Assembly: GCA_044229975.1 (NCBI GenBank)
Contig: JBGARZ010000004.1
Location: 320,001-384,000, forward strand
Length of the DNA: 64,000 nt
From: Polyangiales bacterium
Lineage (GTDB): Bacteria > Myxococcota_A > Polyangia > Polyangiales > Ga0077539
Direction of reading: 5' to 3'
Shown: piece after piece, positions 47,377-58,005 of the stretch
Layout: each line of letters begins with the position of its first letter
How positions within the stretch are numbered: position 1 is the first letter of the stretch
Notes under the pieces: generated by a model
The model's database searches: none
Told to the model about the DNA's origin: nothing
Seen by the model: the letters and a program-made list of their open reading frames with translations, nothing else
Made by a program: the position numbers and the translations under genes

Positions 47377-48027
47377 TCAGGCGGCGTCAACGCTCTTGGC
47401 GGCGCGGCTCTTCCACCACTCCAGCACCATCGGCATCACGGAGATGAGGATGATGAGGATGACCACCTTCTCGAAGTGCTTCTGCACGATGGGGAGGCGG
47501 CCCAGGAACGCTCCGGCGCCCATCATCGAGCTCACCCACGCCACGGCGCCGATGATGTTGAAGGTGATGAACTTCGGGTAGCTCATCGCGCCGGCGCCCG
47601 CGACGAAGGGCGCGAAGGTGCGGACGATGGGGACGAAGCGCGCGAGGATGATGGTCTTGCCGCCGTACTTCTCGAAGAAGGCGTGGGTCTTGTCGAGGTT
47701 CTTCCGGCTGAAGAGCTTGGACTCCTCGCCCTTCATGACGCGCGGGCCGATGGCCTGGCCGACGTGGTAGTTGACCGTGTCGCCCACGATGGCCGCGGCG
47801 ATGAGCGCGGCGCCCAGCAGGAAGATGTTGAGCTCGCCGGTGCTGCTCGCCACGAAGCCCGCCGTGAACAGCAGCGAGTCGCCCGGCAGGAAGGGCGTCA
47901 CCACCAGGCCGGTCTCGGCGAAGATGATGACGATGAGGATCCAGTACATGGCGGTGCCGTACTGGTGGGTGAGCGCGCGCAGGCCGTCGATGGTGGCGAG
48001 CGACTTGATGAAGTGAAGGAGGGCCAT
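47377..48027 (-). CDS. dedA: DedA family membrane protein
   Basis: FAETGL, FLPGDSLLF, GD.VNY, ARFVPIVRTFAPFVAG. Confidence 0.95.
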   Translation of the reverse strand: MALLHFIKSLATIDGLRALTHQYGTAMYWILIVIIFAETGLVVTPFLPGDSLLFTAGFVASSTGELNIFLLGAALIAAAIVGDTVNYHVGQAIGPRVMKGEESKLFSRKNLDKTHAFFEKYGGKTIILARFVPIVRTFAPFVAGAGAMSYPKFITFNIIGAVAWVSSMMGAGAFLGRLPIVQKHFEKVVILIILISVMPMVLEWWKSRAAKSVDAA

Positions 48028-48079
48028 GACGTGCCGCGGGACTACGACGAAGGGCCCCGCGAAGGGAAGTAGGCTGCGG

Positions 48080-49444
48080 TCAGAATTCGGTGCGGGTCAT
48101 GAGCGAGCGACAGGCGCCGGGCTGCTCGGGCGACCACCCGTCGAGCAGGGCGTCGGTCACCGATCGATCGTCGGCCACGAGCGGGAGGATCGGGTCGAGG
48201 TAACGGCGCTCATCACTGCCATCGGCGCCCAGCAACGCGCGTCGGCGCAGGGCCTCGACCGCCACCGGGAGCAGTGCCCGCAGCAGGGCGCCCACCGTGG
48301 TGTTACCGATCGGTGTAAGGAGACCGTCGGCGGCGATGCGCGGGCGCAGCGACTGCCACGCGTCGTAGCCGTATGGGACGAAGGTCTCCTCGACGGCGGT
48401 GAGGCACGCGTCGTCGTAGAGCACGGCCGTCCACAGCGCGGCCATCGCAGCAGCGTACGGCAGCGGAACCGAATCGACCCCGCGCACCTCCAGCGTGTGG
48501 GCCAGCCGCACCTCGGGAAACATCGTCTTCAGGTGCGTCTCCCAGTCTCCCTGCGTGGCCCGGGCGCCCTCGAAGCCCTCGGTCATGAAGCGACGGAAGG
48601 TGTGCGTCGTGGCCTGCGTCGCGACGCCGTCGCGCTTGACGAGAAACATCGGCGCGTCGAGCGCCCAGCGGACGTAGTCGCCGAGCGACGCGTCCTTCTT
48701 CCAGGCGAAGGGGAGGAAGCCCGATCGGTCGGGGTCCATGCCCAGCCACACGAGGGCGCGCTCGCTCTTCACGGCCTGCCGAACGCCCTCCTTCATGGGG
48801 CTGTTGGCGAAGAGGCCCGACACGGCGGCGGAGAGACCGAGGGCCGCGCGGAGCTTGCGCATGGCGTCGCGCTCGGAGCCGAAGTCGAAGTTGGCCTGCA
48901 CCGTGGCGGTGCGGCGCATCATGTCGAGCGCGCGCGGACCTCGCGTGGGGAGGTATCCGCGCATGATGGGGTAGCGGGACTTGGGGACCCAATCGAGGTC
49001 GTCCTGCCGCGCGTACGGTTGGAAGCCGAGGCCCAGGAGGTGGAGCTTCGGGGTGGTGTCGAGCGAGCGCATCTCCGCGCGGTGGGTGCTGAGCTCTTCG
49101 TGGAGCGCGTGGAGCGTGTCGTGGGGCGCGCCGGAGAGCTCGAACTGCGAGCCGGGTTCGAGGGTGATGTTGGCGCGACCGCGTTCGAGGCCCAGCACGG
49201 GGCCGCCGTCCTTCTCGGGGGGAGTGGGCGTCCAGCCGTAGCGTTGGATGAGCTGCGCGAAGAGGTCGTCGACGCCGGGGTGGGAGTCGCGCGAGTGATA
49301 GTGGAGGGGGGAGCCGTCGTCGTAGAGGGCGACGCGCTCGGACTCGATGCCGACGGCGCGCTTGTCGGGGCGGTAGGAGTGCTCGAAGACAGCGAGCAGA
49401 TCTCCGTCGCCGCGGAGTGGTTCGTCGTGGCCGTTGGCAGTCAT
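48080..49444 (-). CDS. gshA: Glutamate--cysteine ligase (plant/alphaproteobacterial type)
   Basis: GIESE, ITLEPGSQFELSG, VPKSRY, ATVQANFD, FANSP, FPEVRL, LEVRG. Confidence 0.92.
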   Translation of the reverse strand: MTANGHDEPLRGDGDLLAVFEHSYRPDKRAVGIESERVALYDDGSPLHYHSRDSHPGVDDLFAQLIQRYGWTPTPPEKDGGPVLGLERGRANITLEPGSQFELSGAPHDTLHALHEELSTHRAEMRSLDTTPKLHLLGLGFQPYARQDDLDWVPKSRYPIMRGYLPTRGPRALDMMRRTATVQANFDFGSERDAMRKLRAALGLSAAVSGLFANSPMKEGVRQAVKSERALVWLGMDPDRSGFLPFAWKKDASLGDYVRWALDAPMFLVKRDGVATQATTHTFRRFMTEGFEGARATQGDWETHLKTMFPEVRLAHTLEVRGVDSVPLPYAAAMAALWTAVLYDDACLTAVEETFVPYGYDAWQSLRPRIAADGLLTPIGNTTVGALLRALLPVAVEALRRRALLGADGSDERRYLDPILPLVADDRSVTDALLDGWSPEQPGACRSLMTRTEF

Positions 49445-49533
49445 GGCGCGCGAACATAACCCGAGGGGTCACCGGGGCAACGAGGGTCGAGACGCCGCGG
49501 GGCGATTGGGGGTAGTGTCCGCGCCCCAACACC

Positions 49534-50139
49534 ATGAGCAGCAGGATTGAATCGGGTCTGACCATCGAGGGCAGCGTTCGCGGCGAAGGGGAGCTGGTGG
49601 TCGCCGGTCGACTCCGCGGCGCGCTGGTGTTGCAAGGCACGCTGGTGGTCGAAGAGGGCGGCGTCGTCGAGGCCGAGGTGGAGGCCAGCTCGGTGGTGGT
49701 GGCGGGCGTTCTGTCGGGGAGCGTCACGGCCCACGACGAGATGCGCATCCTGTCGGGCGGCTTCGTCGACGCGCGGGTGCGCGCGGCCCGGCTGGCGTCG
49801 GCCGAGGGCGCGGTGTTTCGTGGCGAGCTGCAAGCGGTGCTGACGCCGTCGGCCGCGCCCGCGCTCGCGCCCGCGGCGACGAGGGAGCGGCTGTCTCCGT
49901 CGGCGCCGGCGCCTCGCGCGCTGGAGCCGGTGGTGCCGGCGGTGGCGGTTCCGACGGCGCCTCCGGTGCCGGTGCCGACGGCGCCGAAGCGGCGGGCGTT
50001 TGCGTCGCCGTCGGTGACACCGGTGGGGACGCCGTCGAGCGCGCCGACGATGGTGGTTCCGCCGAAGCCCGCGGCGCCGTCGGGCCCGCCGCGGATGCCC
50101 GCGCTCCCGAAGGGGCGCAGCAGCTTCCAGGGACGGTGA
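49534..50139 (+). CDS. Bactofilin (polymer-forming cytoskeletal protein) with Pro-rich tail, BacP-like
   Basis: beta-helix repeats IEGSV..LVVAG..VVVAG..SGSV..GAVFRG; disordered C-terminus. Confidence 0.87.
   Translation: MSSRIESGLTIEGSVRGEGELVVAGRLRGALVLQGTLVVEEGGVVEAEVEASSVVVAGVLSGSVTAHDEMRILSGGFVDARVRAARLASAEGAVFRGELQAVLTPSAAPALAPAATRERLSPSAPAPRALEPVVPAVAVPTAPPVPVPTAPKRRAFASPSVTPVGTPSSAPTMVVPPKPAAPSGPPRMPALPKGRSSFQGR
50061..50137 (+). repeat. Direct repeat, left copy (bactofilin 3' end)
   Basis: 77 bp, 70/77 identical to 60484-60560. Confidence 0.9.
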
Positions 50140-50155
50140 CAGCGGGGCGGGGGGA

Positions 50156-50195
50156 AGACACTTTCACGGTGAGTTGGGTCACTGAGAAAGTGTCT
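50156..50195. repeat. 40-bp imperfect palindrome, copy 1
   Basis: AGACACTTTCACGGTGAGTTGGGTCACTGAGAAAGTGTCT. Confidence 0.88.
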
Positions 50196-50291
50196 CGGCG
50201 CGATGGGCTCTGGGCCTTGTGAAGCGAGGGTGGGCGTCGGCGGGGCGGAGGTCGTGCGCGAGGCACGCCAAGTACTCGTCGACCGTCACAC

Positions 50292-50993
50292 TCACGGGCT
50301 CGCACTCGGTCGCGACGGCGGGTCCTGCACCTCCACCCAGAGTGTGGTTTCGTCGTCAGCTTCGCCGCTCGCGAACCGTACCGACACGCCGTCCGGGCGC
50401 CAGCGGACGTCCGAGTCGTAGCTCATCTCCGCCGGGCTCTCGAAGGTGCGCTGCGTGCCGCGGGTCAGGTCGATGAGGACACCGCCGCGGTGGTTGCCAT
50501 CGACGGACAGCGCGCGGCGACCGTCGGGCGAGCGCTCTACGGCCAGTCCGACGGCGTCGACGAGGACGGTGCCGTCGCGGCCGTAGAGGGCACCCATCTG
50601 ACACGCCGCGCCGCAACCCCAGACGTGCCAGAGGTGGTCCCCTGCGGTCCACTCCAGCGAACCGCCCGTGCCGGGCGCCCAGTGACCCACACGCTCGGGC
50701 TGCGCCCCACGCCGCGCGGGGACCGCGAACACGTCGATCTCGCGCGGCGTCTCGTCGGGCTTCGACCACACATAGAAGAAGCGCCCCGACGGCGAGAAGC
50801 TCGCTTCGACGAACGAGCGGTACGGCAGCGCGGCGAAGCGCACCCACGTGGTGCACGCGCTCCCCTCGCAGGCCTCGACGCGCAACCCGTCGCGGAGCGA
50901 GCCGCGCGCTCTCAACCGCGGCGGGTCGGCGTGCGCTGTGGCGGGCAGCGCGACAAGACCGACGGCCAACGCGACGAGGACGTCCCGCACCAT
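50292..50993 (-). CDS. Secreted hypothetical protein (WD40/PD40-like strands)
   Basis: Signal peptide AHA-D; FSPSG, SPDG and WRPDG motifs. Confidence 0.65.
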   Translation of the reverse strand: MVRDVLVALAVGLVALPATAHADPPRLRARGSLRDGLRVEACEGSACTTWVRFAALPYRSFVEASFSPSGRFFYVWSKPDETPREIDVFAVPARRGAQPERVGHWAPGTGGSLEWTAGDHLWHVWGCGAACQMGALYGRDGTVLVDAVGLAVERSPDGRRALSVDGNHRGGVLIDLTRGTQRTFESPAEMSYDSDVRWRPDGVSVRFASGEADDETTLWVEVQDPPSRPSASP

Positions 50994-51088
50994 GCGAGTG
51001 GCCGTAGCAGCCGCGCGGTGCGGGCGTCCAGAATGCGGTGCACCATGCTCCCTTGGTGTCAGTCGAGAGCGGCGCGATACTCGACCGC

Positions 51089-51661
51089 ATGGGGTCCCTG
51101 CACACTCTCTCCCTCTTCGCTCTTCTGCTCGCCTGCAAAACCGAGGGGGAGGAGACGGCGAGCGTCATCCCGGGAATCAGGCTTCCTCCCCCGGCGCCAT
51201 CCGGCGCCAACTATGCGAACGCCGACCTCCACGGTCAGGACCTGCATCACCGACGTTTCCACGAGGCAACGTTCACGGGGGCGAACCTGAGTGGGGCGAA
51301 CCTGATGACCTCCGACCTCTCCCGCGCGAACCTCACCGGCGCCGACCTGCGCGGCGCCAACCTGACGACGACAGCCTTCCTCCGCGCGAACCTTACGAAC
51401 GCCAACCTCGAAGGCGCCACGTTGAGGGCCACCGCCCTTATGCGGTCAAACCTTACCGGCGCGAACCTCACGAACGCGGATCTGTCGGCTGCAGTCCTGA
51501 CCGGCGCGAACCTTACCGGCGCGAACCTCACCGGCGCGACACTGATGGCTACCAACCTCCGGGGCGCAAACCTCACGGGGGCGATCCTGACGGGCGTTCA
51601 CTGCGCGCCCGGCATCACGACCTGGCCGGACGGCTTCGAACCGCCGCCGTGCCTGCCGTAG
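51089..51661 (+). CDS. Pentapeptide-repeat lipoprotein
   Basis: Lipobox LLAC; more than 20 A(N/D)Lxx repeats. Confidence 0.88.
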   Translation: MGSLHTLSLFALLLACKTEGEETASVIPGIRLPPPAPSGANYANADLHGQDLHHRRFHEATFTGANLSGANLMTSDLSRANLTGADLRGANLTTTAFLRANLTNANLEGATLRATALMRSNLTGANLTNADLSAAVLTGANLTGANLTGATLMATNLRGANLTGAILTGVHCAPGITTWPDGFEPPPCLP

Positions 51662-51722
51662 GAGCGGTCGCGGCGCTCTACAAGATGCCCGCACGACCCC
51701 GCCGTCGGCGCGGCGCGCCGAG

Positions 51723-51848
51723 CCAACGAGCTCTCCAACGAATGCGCGGGGAGATCCCCTGCGACGTCGCCGAGAGGGGTACTTCGTAAACTGGGCGTTC
51801 GGTCAGCCAGAGCGGACCCGTGCCGACGATGGTGCCCGTTGGACCTCC
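51723..51848 (+). repeat. Diverged direct repeat upstream of yeeABC
   Basis: Aligns by eye with 58006-58127 (blocks ggagatccc, acttcgt, ctgggc, agagcgga.ccgtg.cgac, ggtgccc, tggacctcc). Confidence 0.75.
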
Positions 51849-51924
51849 GGCCACGGCAACGAGGCCACACGAACGGATTTCTTGACAGCTCCCAGCCGGC
51901 GGAGATCTATGCCAGCACATCGCC

Positions 51925-54711
51925 TTGAACGCCGTTGAGATCGAACAGGCCGTCACAGACCTTGCGGAGCAGTCTTTTGACCCCGCGGTCTTCCCTTATG
52001 CATTCCTTGAAGCCTTTGGCAACAAGGAGACGACGATCAAGAAACTTCGTGTGGGGGGATCGAACAAGTCCGATCTTGCCGGCGGTGTTCTACAGACCAA
52101 CAACATCCACATTCTGACCTGCGATACAGGCGAGGTATCGAAGGCGTTCAAAGTGCTCAAGGACAGCCCCGCCACGACCAAGGCCAAGGCGAAGTTCATC
52201 CTCGCTACTGACGGCATGGACTTCGAGGCGGAGGATCTGATAAGCGGTGAGACGGTCGCCTGCGCGTTTAAAGACTTCCCCAATTACTTCGGCTTCTTCC
52301 TGCCGCTTGCAGGGATCACGACCGTTCGGCAGATTACCGAGAACGCCTTCGACATCCGGGCAACCTGTCGCCTCAATCGCCTCTACATTGAACTACTGCG
52401 AGACAACCCCGAATGGGGAAAGGCCGCGCGTCGCCACGACATGAACCACTTCATGGCGAGGCTCATCTTCTGTTTCTTCGCCGAAGACACCGACATTTTC
52501 GTCGGCAAAGGCAAGTTCACTGAGACCGTCGCGCAGATGAGCGCGAAGAATCCGTCTGATACAGATAAGATCATCAGCACGCTGTTTCTCGCCATGAACA
52601 CCAAGCGAGAGGGACGAGTAGCGGCTAAGACTCCCCGCTGGGCCGACGACTTCCCGTATGTGAACGGCGGCTTGTTCTCCGGTAGCATGGACGTGCCGAA
52701 GTTCAGCAGGATCGCACGATCTTACCTCTTGCATGTTGGCAGCCTTGACTGGACCAGGATCAACCCAGACATCTTCGGATCGATGATCCAAGCCGTTGCG
52801 GACGACGAGGAGCGTGGCGAGTTGGGGATGCACTACACAAGCGTCCCCAATATCCTCAAGGTACTCAAGCCGCTTTTCCTCGACGACCTGCGAGCGCGGC
52901 TTGAGGAAGCCAACACCCCTCGTACCCTGTTCAATCTGCGCAAGCGCATGGCGAAGATCAGGGTCTTCGACCCCGCATGCGGTTCAGGCAACTTCTTAGT
53001 CATCGCCTATAAGGAGATGCGCGAGATCGAGGCGGAGATCAACAAGAGGCGGGGAGAGCCGGCTAGAGCCTCAGAGATTCCGCTTACGAATTTTCGCGGG
53101 ATCGAACTGCGCGACTTCCCTGCCGAGATTGCTCGCCTCGCACTGATCATTGCTGGCTACCAGTGCGACGTGCTCTATCGTGGAAAGCAACTGGCCTTGG
53201 CCGACTTCCTGCCTTTGCGCAATGAAAATTGGATTACCTGCGGTAATGCGCTGCGACTGAACTGGCTTGCTATCTGCCCGCCGACTGGAACCGGAGTGAA
53301 GGTGAAGGCCGATGACCTGTTTGGCACCCCGCTCGACCAAGCCGAGATCGACTTCGAGAACGAAGGCGGCGAGACGTATCTTTGCGGCAATCCACCGTAT
53401 GTGGGCAGCAGTTTGCAGTCCAATTCTCAGAAGGAAGACTTAGAAGATTTGTTCGCGTCGGTTCTTGAGTCTTGGAAGAACCTTGATTACATTGCGGGCT
53501 GGTTCTTCAAGGCTGCACAGTATGCGGAGGCCGTGATCTCCGACTTCGCTTTTGTCAGCACGAACTCAATCTGCCAGGGCCAACAGGTCCCACTGCTGTG
53601 GCCTCTCATGTTTCAGCGGGGCATTCACATTCACTTCGCTCACACGTCATTCAAGTGGTCCAACTTGGCGGCGGCCAACGCCGGCGTAACCGTGGTCATT
53701 GTGGCCGGCACGACGCGCCCGCGTTCCTCAGCGATCTTGTTCTCGTACGACGACGCCGGGTTGCCGCTTAAGCAGAGTGCGGTTCACATCAACGCGTACT
53801 TGGCCCTTGGGGCGGATGTCATCGTCGAGCCTCGAAGCAAGGCGCCAGACTCGCGAGGCCTGATGATGAAAGGGAACATGCCGTCGGACGGCGGATATCT
53901 CGTGCTCTCCTCCGAGGAGCGCGCCGACATCGTTCGTGATGAGAGTCATGCTGATAAGTTTATTTACGGCTATTGCGGCTCTCACGAACTCATCCACAAC
54001 GAAATGAGGCACTGTCTTTGGATACGTGACGACGAGGTTGCCCAGGCGAGTGCCGTTCCGCATATCAAAGTGCGACTGGATGGCGTGCGCGACTTTCGGG
54101 CGAACGCCAAAGCGCCGACAACGCGCCCTTACGCTGCGTTTCCGAACCGCTTTCGTCAAGTTCAAGAAGTCGCACGTAAATTCTCTATTGTCATCCCAAG
54201 GCACTCGTCTGAAAGCCGAGAGTACCTGCCTGTTGGAGTGCTTCCAGCGACCTTCATCATTTCCGATGCCGCCCTGGTCATCTACGATGCTCCGCTTTGG
54301 AACATGGCACTCATCGCGTCGCGGTTGCACCGCTCCTGGATCGCTACGGTGTGTGGACAGTTGGAGACGCGATTTCGCTACTCCAACACCCTCGGTTGGA
54401 ACACCTTCCCTCTCCCAACACTCACAGACAAGAACAAGGCCGATCTCACCCGCTGCGCCGAAGACATTCTACTTACGCGTGAGCGTCACTTCCCGGCGAC
54501 CATCGCAGATCTTTACGATCGGGACGCGATGCCCGATGACTTGCGAGCGGCGCACAATCGCAATGACGAAGTGCTGGAGCGCATCTATATCGGGCGCCGC
54601 TTCAGGAATGATACCGAGCGATTGGAGAAGCTGTTTGATCTGTACATGAAGATGACCGCCACAGCACCACTGCCCAAAGGCAATAGCCGCAAACCGAGAG
54701 CCAAAGCATGA
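51925..54711 (+). CDS. yeeA: YeeA/MmeI-family m6A DNA methyltransferase with TRD
   Basis: FAEDT, FPYVNGGLF, DIFGSM, GMHYTS, FDPACGSGNFL, GNPPY, RYSNTLGWNTFP; TTG start; TTGACA at 51882. Confidence 0.92.
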   Translation: MNAVEIEQAVTDLAEQSFDPAVFPYAFLEAFGNKETTIKKLRVGGSNKSDLAGGVLQTNNIHILTCDTGEVSKAFKVLKDSPATTKAKAKFILATDGMDFEAEDLISGETVACAFKDFPNYFGFFLPLAGITTVRQITENAFDIRATCRLNRLYIELLRDNPEWGKAARRHDMNHFMARLIFCFFAEDTDIFVGKGKFTETVAQMSAKNPSDTDKIISTLFLAMNTKREGRVAAKTPRWADDFPYVNGGLFSGSMDVPKFSRIARSYLLHVGSLDWTRINPDIFGSMIQAVADDEERGELGMHYTSVPNILKVLKPLFLDDLRARLEEANTPRTLFNLRKRMAKIRVFDPACGSGNFLVIAYKEMREIEAEINKRRGEPARASEIPLTNFRGIELRDFPAEIARLALIIAGYQCDVLYRGKQLALADFLPLRNENWITCGNALRLNWLAICPPTGTGVKVKADDLFGTPLDQAEIDFENEGGETYLCGNPPYVGSSLQSNSQKEDLEDLFASVLESWKNLDYIAGWFFKAAQYAEAVISDFAFVSTNSICQGQQVPLLWPLMFQRGIHIHFAHTSFKWSNLAAANAGVTVVIVAGTTRPRSSAILFSYDDAGLPLKQSAVHINAYLALGADVIVEPRSKAPDSRGLMMKGNMPSDGGYLVLSSEERADIVRDESHADKFIYGYCGSHELIHNEMRHCLWIRDDEVAQASAVPHIKVRLDGVRDFRANAKAPTTRPYAAFPNRFRQVQEVARKFSIVIPRHSSESREYLPVGVLPATFIISDAALVIYDAPLWNMALIASRLHRSWIATVCGQLETRFRYSNTLGWNTFPLPTLTDKNKADLTRCAEDILLTRERHFPATIADLYDRDAMPDDLRAAHNRNDEVLERIYIGRRFRNDTERLEKLFDLYMKMTATAPLPKGNSRKPRAKA

Positions 54712-56765
54712 GTGACAAGATCCAATCTATTCCGTCTGTCTCTGTCACCTACGCTCGCAACGGCGCATCTACGAAGGCCAACGCCTTTGGGATGCGGCCC
54801 ATGCAAGAGCGTGTCTACGAGAAGCGCGGTGAGCAGTATCTCCTCATCAAGTCACCCCCTGCGTCGGGCAAGAGCCGCGCCCTCATGTTTGTTGCGCTCG
54901 ACAAGCTGAAGAATCAAGGCTTGAAGCAGGCTATCATCGTCGTGCCGGAGAGGTCCATCGGAGCCAGCTTTAACGATGAGCCGCTGTCCAAATTCGGCTT
55001 TTGGTCCGACTGGCATGTCGAGCCAAAGTGGAACCTCTGCAACGCCCCCGGGAATGACAATGGCGGCAAGGTCAAGTCGCTCGGTGCGTTTCTCGAATCC
55101 GACGACAAGGTGTTGGTATGCACGCACGCGACGTTCCGGTTCGCCGTTGACGCCTACGGCGTGGAGGCCTTCGATGATCGCCTCATCGCGGTTGATGAGT
55201 TCCATCATGTTTCGGCCAACCCCGATAATCGGCTAGGCACGCACCTCGGGCAGCTCATAGCACGGGAACGCACTCACATCGTCGCCATGACCGGATCCTA
55301 CTTCCGAGGCGACGCTGAGGCCGTTCTTAGCCCGAAGGATGAAGCCAATTTCGATACCGTCACTTACACTTATTACGAACAGCTCAATGGCTATGAGTAT
55401 TTGAAGCAGCTCGATATCGGCTATTTCTTCTACAGCGGCCCTTACGTCGACAGCATCCTCAGTGTTCTAAACCCCGCCGAAAAGACGATCATCCACATCC
55501 CTAACGTCAATGCGCGCGAGAGCACAAAGGACAAGGTGCGCGAAGTGGAAGACATCATCGGGGCGTTAGGCGAGTGGCAGGGCGCCGACGCCGCGACGGG
55601 CTTCCAACTTGTCAAGCGACCTGATGGTCAACTGCTGCGCGTCGCCGATCTTGTCGATGACGATCCCGTCAAGCGCGACCGCGTGTCTGCTGCGCTCAGG
55701 GTTTCAGCACAGAAGATGAACAGGGAGTATGTGGACATCATCATCGCGCTCGGCATGGCGAAAGAGGGCTTTGACTGGATTTGGTGCGAACATGCGCTGA
55801 CTGTTGGCTACCGCGCCAGCTTGACCGAGATCGTGCAGATCATCGGTCGCGCAACCCGCGACGCGCCCGGCAAGACTCGCGCGAGGTTCACCAACCTGAT
55901 CGCCGAACCGGACGCCTCCGAAGAAGCCGTGACGGAGGCCGTTAACGACACCTTGAAGGCCATCGCCGCGAGCCTCCTGATGGAGCAGGTTCTCGCTCCG
56001 CGCTTCGAATTCAAGTCGAAGAACGCGGATAGCGGCCCAACGCCTGACTACGACTACGGCGAGGGCGGCTACGATCCAGACAAGTCCAACATTGGCTTCA
56101 ACCATCAGACGGGACAGGTGCAGATCGAGATCAAGGGGCTTGCGGAACCCAAAAGCAAAGAAGCTGCCCGCATTTGTCTGGAGGACCTGAACGAGGTGAT
56201 CGCCACCTTCATCCAGGACAAAACCGCTATCGAACGCGGCTTGTTCGATGATGAACTGGTGCCGGAGGAACTGACGCAGATTCGCATGGGCAAGATTATC
56301 AAGGACAGGTACCCCGAGCTTGACGCGGAAGATCAGGAGTCCGTACGTCAGCACGCCATAGCCGCCCTCAACCTGACGCAACAGGCAAAGCGGCTTGTCA
56401 CGGGAGTTGAAGGCGATAAGACCTCCCGAAACACCGCCTTGCTCGACGGCGTGCGCCGCTTTGCTATGGACGTTCGCGAACTAGACATAGACCTGATCGA
56501 TCGCATCAATCCCTTTGGTGAAGCCTACGCTATCCTCGCTAAGACCATGAGCGAGGGAACCTTGAAGCAGGTCGCGGCGGCAATCTCCGCCAAGCGAGCG
56601 AACCTGACGCCCGAGGACGCGAAGGAACTTGCGATCCGTGCCTTCCAGTTCAAGAGGGAGCGTGGTCGGGTGCCCGCGCTGGATTCGCAGGATGCATGGG
56701 AGCGCCGCATGGCCGAAGGGGCGGCTTCCTTCATGCGCTATAAGAAGGAGGGGCGTTATGAGTGA
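54708..56765 (+). CDS. yeeB: YeeB-like SF2 helicase/ATPase
   Basis: PPASGKS, VDEFHH, MTGSYFRGD, KEGFDW, QIIGRATRD; ATGA overlap. Confidence 0.9.
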   Translation: MSDKIQSIPSVSVTYARNGASTKANAFGMRPMQERVYEKRGEQYLLIKSPPASGKSRALMFVALDKLKNQGLKQAIIVVPERSIGASFNDEPLSKFGFWSDWHVEPKWNLCNAPGNDNGGKVKSLGAFLESDDKVLVCTHATFRFAVDAYGVEAFDDRLIAVDEFHHVSANPDNRLGTHLGQLIARERTHIVAMTGSYFRGDAEAVLSPKDEANFDTVTYTYYEQLNGYEYLKQLDIGYFFYSGPYVDSILSVLNPAEKTIIHIPNVNARESTKDKVREVEDIIGALGEWQGADAATGFQLVKRPDGQLLRVADLVDDDPVKRDRVSAALRVSAQKMNREYVDIIIALGMAKEGFDWIWCEHALTVGYRASLTEIVQIIGRATRDAPGKTRARFTNLIAEPDASEEAVTEAVNDTLKAIAASLLMEQVLAPRFEFKSKNADSGPTPDYDYGEGGYDPDKSNIGFNHQTGQVQIEIKGLAEPKSKEAARICLEDLNEVIATFIQDKTAIERGLFDDELVPEELTQIRMGKIIKDRYPELDAEDQESVRQHAIAALNLTQQAKRLVTGVEGDKTSRNTALLDGVRRFAMDVRELDIDLIDRINPFGEAYAILAKTMSEGTLKQVAAAISAKRANLTPEDAKELAIRAFQFKRERGRVPALDSQDAWERRMAEGAASFMRYKKEGRYE

Positions 56766-57960
56766 CCCCAACCTTGACGAACTAGCCTCAGAGCTGTCCG
56801 AGTTTGCCGCGCCTGAGAAGTCGGGTGGCCGCCCGCCGCGCGAGGAGCGCTTGATTGCCGGGTTCGAACAAATTCAGCGGTTTGTCGCGAAGCACGATCG
56901 CGCTCCGCAGCACGGGGAAGATCGCGACATTTTTGAGCGGCTGTACGCCGTTCGCTTGGATCGACTGCGAGCACTACCGGAATGCCGCGCGCTCCTCACT
57001 CCGCTAGACCATCAAGGCTTGCTCGGGAGCACGGAAATGGCGTCGGAGGCTGCCCTCACCTACGACGTGGATGAGTTGGCCGCTGAACTCGCGGGCGCAG
57101 CCGAAGTGGACGACATCACCGTTCTGCGCCACGTCCGCACGAGTGTCGACAAGCGCGCCGCCGAGGAGATCGCCGACCGCAAGCGCTGCGATGACTTCGA
57201 GAACTTCAAACCGCTGTTTGAGCGCGTGGAGGCGGACCTCAAGACGGGACTGCGCCAGTCCCATCCCATTGAGGCGGGCCGCCGCGCGATTGAGGCCGGA
57301 GACTTCTTCATCCTCGACGGCATCACCCTCTACGTCGCAGAGGTGGGCGAGCCGTTGAAGACGACTGCTAATGAGGTGGATCGCCGTTTGCGGGCAGTCT
57401 TCGCCAACGGCACCGAGAGCAATCTCCTGCTACGCTCGCTCCAACGTGCGTTCTACAACGATCCCGCCGCACGGCGGTTGGTATCCCGAGAGAGCGGACA
57501 ACTTTCGTTCGGCGGCGAGTTTGAAGCAGACGATGTTGAGAGCGGTACGATCTACGTCCTTCGCTCGTCGTCTGATGACCCCTATGTCGCGCAGCACCGC
57601 GACCTGATCCACAAGATTGGCGTGACGGGCGGCAGGGTAGAGACTCGCATCGCCGACGCCGAGCACGACGCTACATACCTTCTGGCTAAGGTCGAAGTGG
57701 TCGCCACGTATAAGCTGGCAGGCATCAACCGCACTCGAATGGAAAAGCTGTTTCACCGACTGTTCGCGTCGGCTCGACTGAACATCACCATCAAAGACCG
57801 TTTCGGTCACCCCGTGCAGCCGCAGGAATGGTTCCTCGTTCCACTGTTCGTCGTTGACGAAGCCGTAGAGCGCATCAGGGACGGGTCGATAACCAACTAC
57901 GTTTATGATCCCGAGGCAGCGCGTCTGGTAATGCCGATTTCTGCGTCGCGCGAAGGCTGA
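56758..57960 (+). CDS. yeeC: YeeC-like GIY-YIG / T5orf172 nuclease
   Basis: GTIYVLRS..HKIGVT..RIADA, EKLFHRLF, PQEWF; overlaps the yeeB stop. Confidence 0.9.
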   Translation: MSDPNLDELASELSEFAAPEKSGGRPPREERLIAGFEQIQRFVAKHDRAPQHGEDRDIFERLYAVRLDRLRALPECRALLTPLDHQGLLGSTEMASEAALTYDVDELAAELAGAAEVDDITVLRHVRTSVDKRAAEEIADRKRCDDFENFKPLFERVEADLKTGLRQSHPIEAGRRAIEAGDFFILDGITLYVAEVGEPLKTTANEVDRRLRAVFANGTESNLLLRSLQRAFYNDPAARRLVSRESGQLSFGGEFEADDVESGTIYVLRSSSDDPYVAQHRDLIHKIGVTGGRVETRIADAEHDATYLLAKVEVVATYKLAGINRTRMEKLFHRLFASARLNITIKDRFGHPVQPQEWFLVPLFVVDEAVERIRDGSITNYVYDPEAARLVMPISASREG

Positions 57961-58005
57961 ACAGGCAGACTCAATGCTTCTACGCACGGCGATTGGGTGT
58001 GCCCT

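Noticed and set aside
51270..51600. 15-bp DNA periodicity
   Set aside because: Fully explained by pentapeptide-repeat coding.
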